Part shown: positions 50,183 to 60,355 of the stretch, piece after piece
Layout of the letters: each line of letters starts with the position of its first letter
Numbering within the stretch: position 1 is the first letter of the stretch
Assembly (NCBI GenBank): GCA_963826785.1
Contig: CAWGYD010000004.1
Coordinates: 1 to 64,000, forward strand
Source: an uncultured delta proteobacterium
GTDB taxonomy: Bacteria; Desulfobacterota; Desulfobacteria; Desulfobacterales; Desulfosalsimonadaceae
Direction of reading: 5' to 3'
Length of the DNA stretch: 64,000 nt
Position numbers and translations under genes: made by a program
Notes under the pieces: model-generated
Told to the model about the DNA's origin: nothing
The model's input: the letters and a program-made list of their open reading frames with translations, nothing else
Database searches by the model: none

Positions 50183-50246
50183 GAAATTAAAATAACCATG
50201 AAATCCGGTTTGTCAGTCTTTACGCTGCAACGTGTTCATTTTATGC

Positions 50247-51821
50247 TCATCCCCGTGAGGGGATGAAGCTCATGGCCCGCTCCGCCAGTGCGGTGATGGT
50301 CAGGCTGGGATTCGCCCCGATGTTGGCGGACACCGCCGAACCGTCCGTGATGAACAGCCCCGGATAACCAAACACCTGGTGACGGGTATCGATCACCCCG
50401 GTAGCGGCCGATTCCCCCATGTGGCATCCTCCCAGGATATGGGCGGTGGTGGCGGTGTTGCCGATGCTTTCGGTGAGAATGTTCAAGGGCAGGCCGCCGG
50501 TCACCTCACCCAGAACCCGGGCGGCATGGTTGGCCACGGGCAGGTAGGTGGGAGCGGACTTGCCCTTCACCGTCCTGGATTTTAAGCCCCTGCGGAACAG
50601 GAAGGAGGCTTTCCGGCCATAGACGAAGGAGATCTGGTTGTCCAGGTGCTGCATTACCGTCAGCACGGTCACCCGCCGGTTCCAATCTTTTGCCCCCCAG
50701 TTTTTCGCCAGGGTCGAGGGCCGGGCAATCATGGCGGCCAGGGTTTTGAGCGACCGGACGGCCGGATTTGGGTGATCCACTAAAGGGCCGGTCAGAAATT
50801 TCATGAAGTTATACCCTTTTGGAAACCGGTTCTGGGTGATGTGGGTGTGCGCGTCCGGGTAGAAATGGGAAGAAATGGCGGTGCCGTGCGTCAGGTCCTT
50901 TTCGGTGTCCGGGGAGAGCACCCCCACGATGGCTTCGCTGTTGGTCCGCACCACCCTGCCGAGCTGAGTGGAAACCAGGGGCAAGGTCCGGATGACGTCC
51001 CTGCAGTGAAACAGCAGCTCCAGGGTGCCCAGAACGCCCCCTGCCAGCACCACCTGCTTTGCATGGATGGACGGATATTTCCGGAAGGGTTTGGCCGGGT
51101 GCTTCATGTCCAGGCCGTATCCACCGGATTCAAGGGGGCGGATGGCGGTCACCTTGCGGAAAGGGAGCACGGATGCCCCCAGACGCCGGGCAAGGTAGAG
51201 ATAGTTTTTGTCCAGGGTGTTTTTGGACCCGTGGGGGCAGCCGGTCAGACATCTGCCGCACAGGAAGCATCCGCTCCGGTGGGGGCCTGCCCCCTTGAAG
51301 AAGGGGTCCGGAACCCGGACCTCCGGGGTGCCGAAATAGATGCCGTTGGGGGTGGGGCCGAAGGTCTGCTCCGCTCCCATCTTCTGAGCGGTCTTTCGAA
51401 GATATCCGTCCTGGATATCGGAGGCGGGATTATCCACCACCCCCAGCATGTTTGCGGCCGTTTCATAATGTCCGGCCAGTTCGGCCTTCCAGTCCATCCC
51501 CAGGTTGGCCCAGGCCGGGTCCCGGTAAAAGGCATCTTTGGGGCGCAGCAGCACGGCTGCATATACAATGCTGCCTCCGCCCACGCCCACTCCCCGGACC
51601 AGGGTCACGTGGCGAAAAAAATCCTGGGAAAAATAGCCGGTCTGCCCCAGGGCGGGTGCCCAGTTGAGGCGAAAAACACTGTCCTCGCCTTCTTCCATGT
51701 CTTCGGGCGCAACGGGTCCACCCTGCTCCAGCACCACTACCTTATACCCCTTTTCGGCAAGACGAAGGGCGGAGACGCTCCCCCCGAATCCGCTGCCCAC
51801 GATGGCCACATCATAGTCCAT
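50247..51821 (-). CDS. GMC-family FAD oxidoreductase (cholesterol oxidase ChoD-like)
   Basis: IVGSGFGGSVSALRL..KG, GVGGGS, CFLCGRCLTGCP, TAHILGG, GANPSLTITALAER. Confidence 0.9.
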   Translation of the reverse strand: MDYDVAIVGSGFGGSVSALRLAEKGYKVVVLEQGGPVAPEDMEEGEDSVFRLNWAPALGQTGYFSQDFFRHVTLVRGVGVGGGSIVYAAVLLRPKDAFYRDPAWANLGMDWKAELAGHYETAANMLGVVDNPASDIQDGYLRKTAQKMGAEQTFGPTPNGIYFGTPEVRVPDPFFKGAGPHRSGCFLCGRCLTGCPHGSKNTLDKNYLYLARRLGASVLPFRKVTAIRPLESGGYGLDMKHPAKPFRKYPSIHAKQVVLAGGVLGTLELLFHCRDVIRTLPLVSTQLGRVVRTNSEAIVGVLSPDTEKDLTHGTAISSHFYPDAHTHITQNRFPKGYNFMKFLTGPLVDHPNPAVRSLKTLAAMIARPSTLAKNWGAKDWNRRVTVLTVMQHLDNQISFVYGRKASFLFRRGLKSRTVKGKSAPTYLPVANHAARVLGEVTGGLPLNILTESIGNTATTAHILGGCHMGESAATGVIDTRHQVFGYPGLFITDGSAVSANIGANPSLTITALAERAMSFIPSRG

Positions 51822-51835
51822 GGTTTTCTCCCTGA

Positions 51836-52960
51836 TTATGGTGCCTGCACCTGTTCTTTCATGATTTTTTTTCTTCTTGTTGAGGCGGGTTTGATCCCGT
51901 TTTCCGGGACCAGGCGCTTTTCCATCCAGTCCAGCATGTAGGGCCAGGTGATCTCAGGCGCGTGCTTTCCGCAGATCAGGTCCACATGCCCCCAGTGGAG
52001 GCCCTCCTTTTCCCCGCCGAATACCTTGAACGTCTTATCTTTTGATCCGGCTTTTTCAAACGCTTCCATTACCGCTTCTTTGGGAACGGCCAGATCCCGG
52101 TCCCCGTTGACAAACAGGATGGGCGCATGGAGGTCTAAAACGGCGGATTCAAAATCGATGCGGCCGTCGCTGGACAGAAATTTTCCCTTGGCCCCCCATT
52201 CGAAAAAAAACTTGACGACATTGAAGCTGGTCCGGTCAAAGCCCTTGAGTATCCGCTCTTCCAGGATATCGCGCTCGATGCTGCCGGGATGCCAGATCTG
52301 CAGGGGGATTTTATACAGAGGGTGATCCAGAATCCCGAGCCCCAAAGACGCCAGCAGGCCGATGTAGTCGATGTAAAAAACGTCCGGCTGAAGCTGGGGG
52401 AACGGGTAGAACCGGCCTAAAGAGACCCCGGTGCGGGCGATGGCTTTGAGCAGCCGGTTGCCCCGGGCCATGGAGAAGGGGCCTCCGATGGAAATGACGC
52501 CGGCCAGACGGTCCTGATACCTGCTGCCCACGCAGTAGGCGATGGAGCCGCCCAGGCTGTGGCCCATGTAGAAGATTTTTTCATTTCCGGTGATCCTGGC
52601 GGCAGCGTCCACAAAAGCGGGCATGTCCTGGTGGAGATAGGTTTCAAATGCCTCCGGATACGTGCTGCCGTTGGCCCGGCTGAGGCCGTGCCCCCTCAGT
52701 TCGATGTTGAAGGTTTGAAATCCGTTGGCCACCAGATAATTTTCCAGGCTCCGCCGGGTCAGGGTCCAGGTGTAGCGGTTCTGGCCCAGTCCGTGGACCA
52801 GCATCACGTGGGAGCGAACCGGCTGGTCGATGGGCTGCTTACGGGTCATGATCAGATTCATGCCGTCTGCGGTGGATACTTCGTGAAGACTGCGGACATA
52901 ACGGACCGTCTGTCCGTCATTCACCACGTTGGTGACAATACGCTCACCGGCCATATTCAT
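51836..52960 (-). CDS. Alpha/beta hydrolase (lipase/esterase-like)
   Basis: LVHGLG, ELRGHGLS, GHSLGG, GDRD, WGHVDL. Confidence 0.9.
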   Translation of the reverse strand: MNMAGERIVTNVVNDGQTVRYVRSLHEVSTADGMNLIMTRKQPIDQPVRSHVMLVHGLGQNRYTWTLTRRSLENYLVANGFQTFNIELRGHGLSRANGSTYPEAFETYLHQDMPAFVDAAARITGNEKIFYMGHSLGGSIAYCVGSRYQDRLAGVISIGGPFSMARGNRLLKAIARTGVSLGRFYPFPQLQPDVFYIDYIGLLASLGLGILDHPLYKIPLQIWHPGSIERDILEERILKGFDRTSFNVVKFFFEWGAKGKFLSSDGRIDFESAVLDLHAPILFVNGDRDLAVPKEAVMEAFEKAGSKDKTFKVFGGEKEGLHWGHVDLICGKHAPEITWPYMLDWMEKRLVPENGIKPASTRRKKIMKEQVQAP

Positions 52961-52975
52961 TTTTCTCCTTGCTCC

Positions 52976-54697
52976 TCAGCTGCCGGATTTTGTCACCTGG
53001 TCCCGCAGTTCGCGTTTGAGAACCTTGCCGGCAGGGGAAACCGGGATCATGTCGGTGAAGGCCACCTCCCGCAGTTTCTTGTAAGCCGCCACCTGGCCGT
53101 TCACGTGGTCGATGAGCTGCTGCGCGGTGGCATTCTGCCCTTTTTTCAACTGGACAAAAGCCACCGGGTACTCGCCCGATTTTTCATCCGGCTTGCCCAC
53201 CACCCCGCACATCTCCACGGCCGGATGCGCATAGAGGATCTCCTCGATTTCCCGGGGATAGACATTGTATCCCTTGTAGATGATCATGTCCTTTTTCCGG
53301 TCGGTGATGAAGAAGTATCCGTCTTCATCTTCTTTCCCGATATCTCCGGTATAGAGCCAGCCGTCTTTCAACACCTCGGCGGTGGCCTCGGGCCGGTTCC
53401 AGTAGCCGCGCATCACCTGGGGGCCTTTGATGCAGATTTCACCCTCCCGGCCGGGGGGGAGGTCTTCGCCGGTTTCCGGATCGACCACCTTGAGCTGCGT
53501 GTCAAATATGGGCAGACCCACCGATCCGATTCGGGTCTTTTCGGGGATGGGCGGGTTGCAGGTGGCGCCCATGCTGCATTCGGTCAGGCCGTAGGCTTCG
53601 AGCACCACGGATGATGAAAAGGACCGGCGCATCTGTTCCAGCACCGTCACCGGCAGGGGGGCGGCCCCCGACCCGATCAGCCGGATATTGGAGAGATCCA
53701 CGGTCTTGAAGTCCGGGTGGTTGACCAGGGGCACGTAGAGCTGCGGTGCGCCCCCCAGGGTGGTGGCCCCAAATTTTTTCACCGCCTGGATGTATTCCGC
53801 CGGATCGAACCGGGGGAAGACCACCATCGTGGTGCCGCTGGACACCATGTTGTTGAGATAGCCGATGGTTCCCATGGCGTGAAACCAGGGGACCACCACC
53901 AGTGCGGTTTCCCGGTCCCGGGCCACGCATCGGTCGGTCTCGGGGTTCACCCCTTCCGGATAGACCAGTTCGATTCTGCCGTCTTTTTCCGCCAGCTGTG
54001 CGCCGTTGAACCAGCAGCCGAACTGGAGGGTGTTGGCGGCCACATTTCTGTGGGTCAGCATCACCCCCTTGGAAACGCCGGTGGTGCCGCCGGTGTAGGC
54101 CAGGTGGGCCAGGTCACGATCCACGTCGATGTCGACAACGGGCACTTCAGGCGGATGATTCTTGATCAGCTCCATCATGTCCATCGTGTCGGGCACCGGC
54201 AGTTTGCCCAACAGTTTCAACGGGGCGATGACGGCGTTGTAGCAGTCGCCGATGCTGGTGGAAATGACCCGTTTCACCGGGGTGTCCGGGATCACCGGGG
54301 CGATTCCCGGGTAGAGCAGGTCAAGGCTGAGAAGCGTTTCGGCGCCGGAATCGTTTAACTGGTGGGTGACTTCCTTGGGGGAGAGCAGGGGGCTCAAGGG
54401 GGTGAAGACCCCGCCGATCTTCAACAGGGCATAGTAGGCGATGGCAAACTGGGGCATGTTGGGCAGGTGGATGGCCATCCGGTCGCCTTTCCGGATCCCC
54501 AGGGCCGAAAGCGCGGCGGCAAATCGGTCCGTCAGGGTCTTGAGCTCTGAAAATGTCAGCACCATCCCGCCGAAATGAATGGCGATGCGGTCGGGTACCC
54601 GTTCGGCCGTACTTTCCAGGAAATCATGGACCGGTTTGTCAGGGTAGTTGAGTGACGTCGGCCATTGTTCGGGCCAGGATGTAAAATTTTTTGTCAT
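52976..54697 (-). CDS. Long-chain fatty acid-CoA ligase
   Basis: YTGGTTGVSKG, EAYGLTE, GWLYTGDIG, DRKKDMI, GKVLKR. Confidence 0.95.
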   Translation of the reverse strand: MTKNFTSWPEQWPTSLNYPDKPVHDFLESTAERVPDRIAIHFGGMVLTFSELKTLTDRFAAALSALGIRKGDRMAIHLPNMPQFAIAYYALLKIGGVFTPLSPLLSPKEVTHQLNDSGAETLLSLDLLYPGIAPVIPDTPVKRVISTSIGDCYNAVIAPLKLLGKLPVPDTMDMMELIKNHPPEVPVVDIDVDRDLAHLAYTGGTTGVSKGVMLTHRNVAANTLQFGCWFNGAQLAEKDGRIELVYPEGVNPETDRCVARDRETALVVVPWFHAMGTIGYLNNMVSSGTTMVVFPRFDPAEYIQAVKKFGATTLGGAPQLYVPLVNHPDFKTVDLSNIRLIGSGAAPLPVTVLEQMRRSFSSSVVLEAYGLTECSMGATCNPPIPEKTRIGSVGLPIFDTQLKVVDPETGEDLPPGREGEICIKGPQVMRGYWNRPEATAEVLKDGWLYTGDIGKEDEDGYFFITDRKKDMIIYKGYNVYPREIEEILYAHPAVEMCGVVGKPDEKSGEYPVAFVQLKKGQNATAQQLIDHVNGQVAAYKKLREVAFTDMIPVSPAGKVLKRELRDQVTKSGS

Positions 54698-54872
54698 GGT
54701 CCCCCTCCTTGATTGACTGATCGGATGATGCGGTAAGCCTTAGCGGTCGTTTCGATATCAAAAAACAGTGTTATGGGTTGATAACAAATGTTTTTCCATA
54801 ACATGATTTTTTTTAAATCGGGTAGGAAAATAAATGGGGGGCATGATCCGGTTTTATTTTACGGCCGGATTC

Positions 54873-55685
54873 CTAAAATGAAATCAATGGACTGGCCAGG
54901 TGCTGAACGGCAATGGTGACGGCGGTCTGTTTGGGGTCGACGGGTTCGGCCACCACGCTCAAGACCTTTTCCGGTGTGTTGTTGGTTTCGCTGAGATGGG
55001 CCAGCACCAGGTTTTTTAAATCCGCATGCAGGACCTCCATCAGCAGGTCCCGGGAGGATTCATTGCACAAATGCCCGCGGCGGCTCATGATCCGCTGCTT
55101 GACGGGCCAGGGATAAGGCCCTTCCTCCAGCATGCGCGTGTCGTGGTTGGCTTCCAGGATCAGGCAGTGGCAGGCATTCAGGTGGTGCCGGACCATGGCC
55201 GTGGCCATGCCCAGATCCGTGGCGATGCCGATTTTTTTGCCGCTGCAGGCGATGGTGAATCCTGCCGGGTCCAGGGCGTCATGCGAGGTGGAAAACGGCC
55301 GGACAGTCAATTCACCCACGCCGAAAGCGTCGCCGCAGGCAAATGCCCGTCTTTCGCTCAGGGTCCCGATGCCCAGATCCAGGCGACCTGTTTTATCGGA
55401 AAGGTATACCGGAAGCCGGTATTTGCGGGAAAGGACACCCACACCCCGGATATGGTCGGCGTGCTCATGGGAGACGATAATGGCGGAAAGTGTTTTGGGG
55501 GACAATCCCCTTGCGGCCATCCGGCGTTCGATTTCAATGCCGGACAGGCCGGCGTCGATCAGGATGGCGGTGTGCGGGGTGGCGATATAGATGCAGTTGC
55601 CTTTGCTGCCGCTGGCCAGCATGCAGACGCTTAAAACATCACCCGTGTCCGGCGGCGTGAGGACAGCGGCAGGAGCGGGCTTCAT
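54873..55685 (-). CDS. MBL-fold metallo-hydrolase (YycJ/WalJ-like)
   Basis: [42 protein letters not shown]. Confidence 0.9.
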   Translation of the reverse strand: MKPAPAAVLTPPDTGDVLSVCMLASGSKGNCIYIATPHTAILIDAGLSGIEIERRMAARGLSPKTLSAIIVSHEHADHIRGVGVLSRKYRLPVYLSDKTGRLDLGIGTLSERRAFACGDAFGVGELTVRPFSTSHDALDPAGFTIACSGKKIGIATDLGMATAMVRHHLNACHCLILEANHDTRMLEEGPYPWPVKQRIMSRRGHLCNESSRDLLMEVLHADLKNLVLAHLSETNNTPEKVLSVVAEPVDPKQTAVTIAVQHLASPLISF

Positions 55686-56140
55686 CTTCCCGTATGCCCG
55701 AATCCGCCGCTGCTTCGCCGGGATTCATCGAGTTCATCCACCACTAAAAGGGCTGCCCGGCAAACCGGGCAAATGATCATCTGGGCCACCCGGTCGCCCC
55801 GGTTGACGGTATAAGCGGATTTGCCCAGGTTGATCAGGGCGATTTTGACCTCGCCCCGAAAGTCCGCATCGATGGTGCCGGGCGCGTTGGCCAGGCTGAC
55901 GCCGTGGTTGACCGCCAGGCCGCTGCGGGGCCGGATCTGGGCTTCGTATCCTTCGGGAAGGGCCATGGCAAAACCGGTGGGGATCAGGGCGATGTCGCCG
56001 GGGGCCAGAACGACGGGACGGTCCACGGCGGCACAGACATCCATGCCTGCGGCATGGGCGGTCATATAGCGGGGGAGGGGAATATCCGAATCCGCATCTG
56101 GCCGGATCCGGCGGCATTTGATCTCTATCGGGTCATGCAC
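55682..56140 (-). CDS. dut: dUTP diphosphatase
   Basis: [42 protein letters not shown]. Confidence 0.97.
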   Translation of the reverse strand: MHDPIEIKCRRIRPDADSDIPLPRYMTAHAAGMDVCAAVDRPVVLAPGDIALIPTGFAMALPEGYEAQIRPRSGLAVNHGVSLANAPGTIDADFRGEVKIALINLGKSAYTVNRGDRVAQMIICPVCRAALLVVDELDESRRSSGGFGHTGR

Positions 56141-56211
56141 TAAAAAGGATCCTTCAAGATCTTTGAACGTATTCGACGCGTAAATTTTCTTTTGCGATTG
56201 ATTGGCTGCGG

Positions 56212-56340
56212 CTGACGGGCGCGTGAACAGGCGACTGGCCGCTCAGAATCTTTTTGCCGGCCACTGCTGCCGATCAGCTGAAGCTCCTGGGCCCGAAAAT
56301 CACTATTTATTGCGGTTTGAAAACCGGGTCCTTTGGGGCA
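56212..56340. repeat. Truncated member 3 of the long-stem hairpin family
   Basis: CTGACGGGCGCGTGAACAGGCGACTGGCCGCTCAGAATCTTTTTGCCGG..CCGATCAGC aligns to the reverse complement of 45394-45325; the closing arm is missing. Confidence 0.6.
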
Positions 56341-56381
56341 GGTCGGAAAAAATAGGCTTTGCCTGAACCATCTCGATGAGG

Positions 56382-56507
56382 AAGTCAGGAGTCAGAATCC
56401 AGAATTCAGAAGGAGGTATTCGCCTGCGGCTCAGTCAAATAAAACTTAAATGCCGAAGCGAAGCGACATCAATCATTCTGGCTCCTGACTTCTGACTTCT
56501 GGATTCT
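56382..56507. repeat. Inverted heptamer arrays (AGAAGTC-type)
   Basis: AAGTCAGGAGTCAGAATCCAGAATTCAGAA ... ATTCTGGCTCCTGACTTCTGACTTCTGGATTCT. Confidence 0.78.
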
Positions 56508-56544
56508 CATTTAAATTACGGCAAGCCCTTTCAAGGGGCATTTA

Positions 56545-56572
56545 AAGCCGGGTCATTTGAACCCGGATCTTT
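56545..56572 (-). terminator. Possible intrinsic terminator after pnp
   Basis: Stem CCGGGT..ACCCGG flanked by short A/T runs. Confidence 0.4.
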
Positions 56573-56608
56573 ACTCGTCCCCGTTTTTTTACAGGCTTCC
56601 GGTAAAGA

Positions 56609-58727
56609 TCAGACGGATTTCTTTTCCGGGTCCGAATCCTTTTCCGTGTCATCCAGCAAGGCCTTGCGGCTGAGCTTGATCTTGCCTTCCTTGGTGATCT
56701 CCAGCACCTTGACCTTGATGATATCGCCTTCTTTGACCACGTCCCGTGACATTCTTGACCCGGTAGGGGGCCAGTTCCGAGATGTGGACCAGGCCGTCGG
56801 TCTTGGGCTTGATCTGCACAAATGCACCGAAATCGGTGATTTTCACCACTTTTCCTTCGTACACGGCCCCTGGCTCGGGGTCCATGCCGATTTCCGCGAT
56901 GATGTCCGCCGCCCTCTCCCCTTCTTCCTTTGAAAACGCCGCGATCTTCACCAGGCCGGAATCATCGATTTCGATCTGGGTGTTGGTTTCCGCCTGGATG
57001 GCGCGGATGATCTTGCCGCCCGGGCCGATGATTTCCCCGATCCGCTCCGGGTTGACCCGGACCGTGAAGATATTGGGCGCATAGGGGGAAAGTTCTCCCC
57101 GGGGCGCTTTTAAAGTCTCCTCCATCTTTTTAAGAATGTGGAGCCGGCCTTCTTTGGCCTGCTGAAGCGCTTTGGCCAGGACCTCTTTGGGCAGGGAATG
57201 GATCTTGATATCCATCTGCAGGGCGGTGATCCCTTCTGCGGTGCCGGCAACCTTGAAATCCATGTCGCCGGTGTGGTCTTCATCGCCCAGAATGTCGGAG
57301 AGGACCACCACTTTGTCGCCGTCGGCCACCAGGCCCATGGCAATTCCGGAAACGGGGGCGGAAATGGGGACCCCGCCGTCCATCATGGCCAGGGAACCGG
57401 CGCAAACCGTTCCCATGGACGATGAGCCGTTGGATTCCAGGACTTCCGATACGATCCGGAGAGTGTAGTCAAAGTCTTCCTTCGGAGGCAAAACTTTCTC
57501 CAGTGCCCGTCTGGCCAGGGCGCCGTGGCCGATGTCCCGGCGGCTGGGGCCGGAAATGCGCCGGACTTCCCCCACGGAATAGGGAGGGAAGTTGTAATGG
57601 AGCATGAACCGAACGGTTTCATCCCCCAAAAGGGTTTCCACCCGCTGCTCGTCTGGCCCGGAGCCCAGGGTTAAAGACGCCAGCACCTGGGTCTCGCCCC
57701 GGGTGAACAGCGCACTGCCATGAACCCGGGGAAGCAGGGCCGCTTCACAGGTAATCGGCCGAACCTCATCGAATTTCCGATTGTCGATGCGATGGCCTTT
57801 TTCCAGGATAAACTCCCGGTTGACCTGCTTTTCGATGTCTTTGAGAATTTCCGAGACCTGTTTTTTGCGGTCCGCATATTCTTCCCCCAGGTTTTCCACA
57901 ATGTCGGCCTTGACCTGGTGAAGCGCATCGGTTCGCTTGGATTTTTCAGGGATGGTGACCGCTTCGGCGATTTTCGGCCGGGCTTCGGCCTCGAGTCTGG
58001 CCACCAGTTCGGGATCCCGCTGGGGCGGTTCAAATGCCCGCTTGGGGACGCCCGCGCTCTCCCGGAGTTTTTCCTGGAGTTCGATGATGGACTGCAGTTG
58101 TTCATGGCCATAGTAAATGGCTTCGGCCATTTCTTCTTCGGAAACGATATTGCCGCCGCCTTCCACCATGATGATGCCGGTTTTCGACCCGGCCACCATG
58201 ACGTCGATGTCCGAGATCTTGCGCTGTTCGATGGTGGGATTGATGACAAACTCGCCATCGACGCGGCCGACGCGGACGCTGGCCACCGGCCCTTCAAAAG
58301 GGATGTCCGAGAGCATGAGCGCCGCCGATGCCCCGTTTAAGGCCAGCACATCCGGGTCATTGACCTGATCCATGGACAGAACCGTTGCGATCACCTGAAT
58401 TTCGGAGCGGTACCCCTTGGGAAACAGCGGACGGATGGGCCGATCGGTCATGCGGGCGGTAAGCGTTTCCTTTTCGCTGGGCCGGCCGATTTCCCGACGG
58501 AAATAGTTTCCCGGAATCCGTCCGGCGGCGTAAATCTTTTCCATGTATTCGACGGATAGCGGCAGAAAATCGATATCGGGCCGCTCTTCCCGGCCGGATA
58601 CCACGGTCACCAGGATAATGGTTTCGCCGTACTGGACCATGACCGCACCGGAGGCCTGCTTGGCCACTTTGCCGGTCTGGATGGTGAGCGTCTCCCCTCC
58701 GATGGTGGTTCTAAATGAAATTTCCAT
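56609..58727 (-). CDS. pnp: Polynucleotide phosphorylase (1-nt frameshift near 56745 in the S1 domain)
   Basis: [53 protein letters not shown]1 domain continues [13 protein letters not shown] in the shifted frame. Confidence 0.97.
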
Positions 58728-58952
58728 ATTTTTTTCTCCTTTGGCTTGTCAGATGTTCAGAGGCCTTCGACCATGAACCCAGCCTCCCAGGCGCCAGAAA
58801 GGGGCATTTGCCACATGCTTATCCGCCGAATGATGAGTATGGGAACCTGTTTCAAGAAGGGATGTCATTTCAGTTCTGCATTCAGGCGAGGGCTGTGCCG
58901 CGTTTGCTTGCGGCGAAGCCAGTTGGTTGCCCGTGAATGCAAAATAAAGGAC

Positions 58953-59222
58953 TTATCTTCTTAATCCGAGTTCGCTGATGATGGAGCGGTACCGGTGAAC
59001 ATCCTTGTTTTTTACATAATTTAAAAGTCTTCGGCGCTTGCCCACCATGATGAGGAGTCCTCTTCTGGAATGGTGGTCTTTCTTGTGCGCCTTCAAGTGA
59101 TCGGTCAGGTGGACGATCCGGTCGGTCAGAAGGGCGATCTGCACTTCGGGCGAACCGGTGTCTGATTCATGCAGCTTGAATCTTTCGATGGTTTCCTGTT
59201 TCCTGCTTTCTGGAATATTCAC
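58953..59222 (-). CDS. rpsO: 30S ribosomal protein S15
   Basis: [13 protein letters not shown]...[11 protein letters not shown]...LGLRR. Confidence 0.98.
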   Translation of the reverse strand: MNIPESRKQETIERFKLHESDTGSPEVQIALLTDRIVHLTDHLKAHKKDHHSRRGLLIMVGKRRRLLNYVKNKDVHRYRSIISELGLRR

Positions 59223-59375
59223 ACTCTCCTCCTTTAATCGAATTCATTCCCAACGTGAAACTCAGTAAAAAAATAACTTGCAGCATCTGCCCGACAGATC
59301 TGCCCGTACCTGTCATATCGATAAAACGCTTTTTCTTCCCGGCCAGTTAAGGCTGTCCGTAGGCACGATATCATA

Positions 59376-60284
59376 TTATGCGTGTTGAAAAACACAACAA
59401 TAATCATACCGTCCCTGATCGGGGCAAGGGCTGACAATCGCCAGCAGCCGGTTGTCGGGGGTGATCACCTTGACGAAAGCTGCGACCGGAACCGGCGATT
59501 CAGGATGGTCATCGAAAGTGATCATCCTGCCGAAACGGATTTTTTCTTCCATCTCCGGGTCGGCGACCACCGCCGCCATATCCCCCAGTGCATCCGACAT
59601 GGAAATCAGGCGATCGGAAAGCACGTGGCCTTCGGATTGCCGCTCAATTTCCGACAGCTTCACCGCCGCGCTGATGTCAAATCCGCCGCATTCGGTCCGC
59701 CGCAGCGACGCCAGATGTCCGCCGCACCCCAGAACACTGCCCATATCCGCGCACAGGGTGCGAATGTAGGTGCCAGATGAGCACCTCACCTCGAAGGAAA
59801 CCGAAGGTAGGTTGATTTCATTGATTTTAATGTATGAAATATAAACCGGCCGCGCAGGCTTGTAAACCGGTTTTCCTTTCCGGGCATAGCGGTAAAGCGG
59901 CACCCCTTCGTGCTTTAGCGCCGAGTATGCCGGCGGCGTCTGTTGGATCTCCCCCTCAAACTGTCGGCACACCGCCCGGATTTCCGCTTCGGTGACGGCA
60001 TCGGCACAGCGCCTTTGGACCACCGATCCGGTGGCGTCCTGGGTATCGGTGTCCACGCCCAGCCGCATGGTGGCGGCATAGGTTTTGCTGCTGTTTAAAA
60101 AAAAGCGGGAAATCCGGGTGGCCCGGTTGATGGTGCAGATCATCACCCCGGTGGCAAACGGGTCCAGCGTTCCCGTATGCCCGGCTTTCCTGAAACCGGT
60201 AAGTTTTCGGATCCGGTTGACCACCCCTGCGGAGGTCATGTTTTCCGGCTTGTCCACAATTAAAATGCCGCTGGGTTCGTGCAT
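59376..60284 (-). CDS. truB: tRNA pseudouridine(55) synthase
   Basis: DKP, KAGHTGTLDPFATG, PPAYSALK, CSSGTYIRTL. Confidence 0.97.
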   Translation of the reverse strand: MHEPSGILIVDKPENMTSAGVVNRIRKLTGFRKAGHTGTLDPFATGVMICTINRATRISRFFLNSSKTYAATMRLGVDTDTQDATGSVVQRRCADAVTEAEIRAVCRQFEGEIQQTPPAYSALKHEGVPLYRYARKGKPVYKPARPVYISYIKINEINLPSVSFEVRCSSGTYIRTLCADMGSVLGCGGHLASLRRTECGGFDISAAVKLSEIERQSEGHVLSDRLISMSDALGDMAAVVADPEMEEKIRFGRMITFDDHPESPVPVAAFVKVITPDNRLLAIVSPCPDQGRYDYCCVFQHA

Positions 60285-60355
60285 ACTAAATATTCAAATC
60301 GCCATCTAAAATGGTATGTCCACCGAATCCTTCAGTCTTCAGCCGCAACGCTTAA

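Noticed and set aside
9726..51821. Firm assignment of a steroid-degradation pathway
   Set aside because: SCP2-like, 3-beta-HSD-like, IpdAB-like and ChoD-like family labels are broad and do not fix the substrate; no diagnostic steroid ring enzymes were recognised.
10180..54358. Long plus-strand ORFs antisense to real genes (e.g. 10180-11343, 16386-17603, 32986-34224, 46746-47858, 50841-51941, 52559-53614)
   Set aside because: These are shadow ORFs expected from GC-rich codon usage; they have no recognisable motifs and the opposite strand carries clear family signatures.
58728..58952. Structured rpsO-pnp leader (RNase III site)
   Set aside because: Only weak, imperfect pairing is visible by eye, which cannot be supported without folding or conservation analysis.
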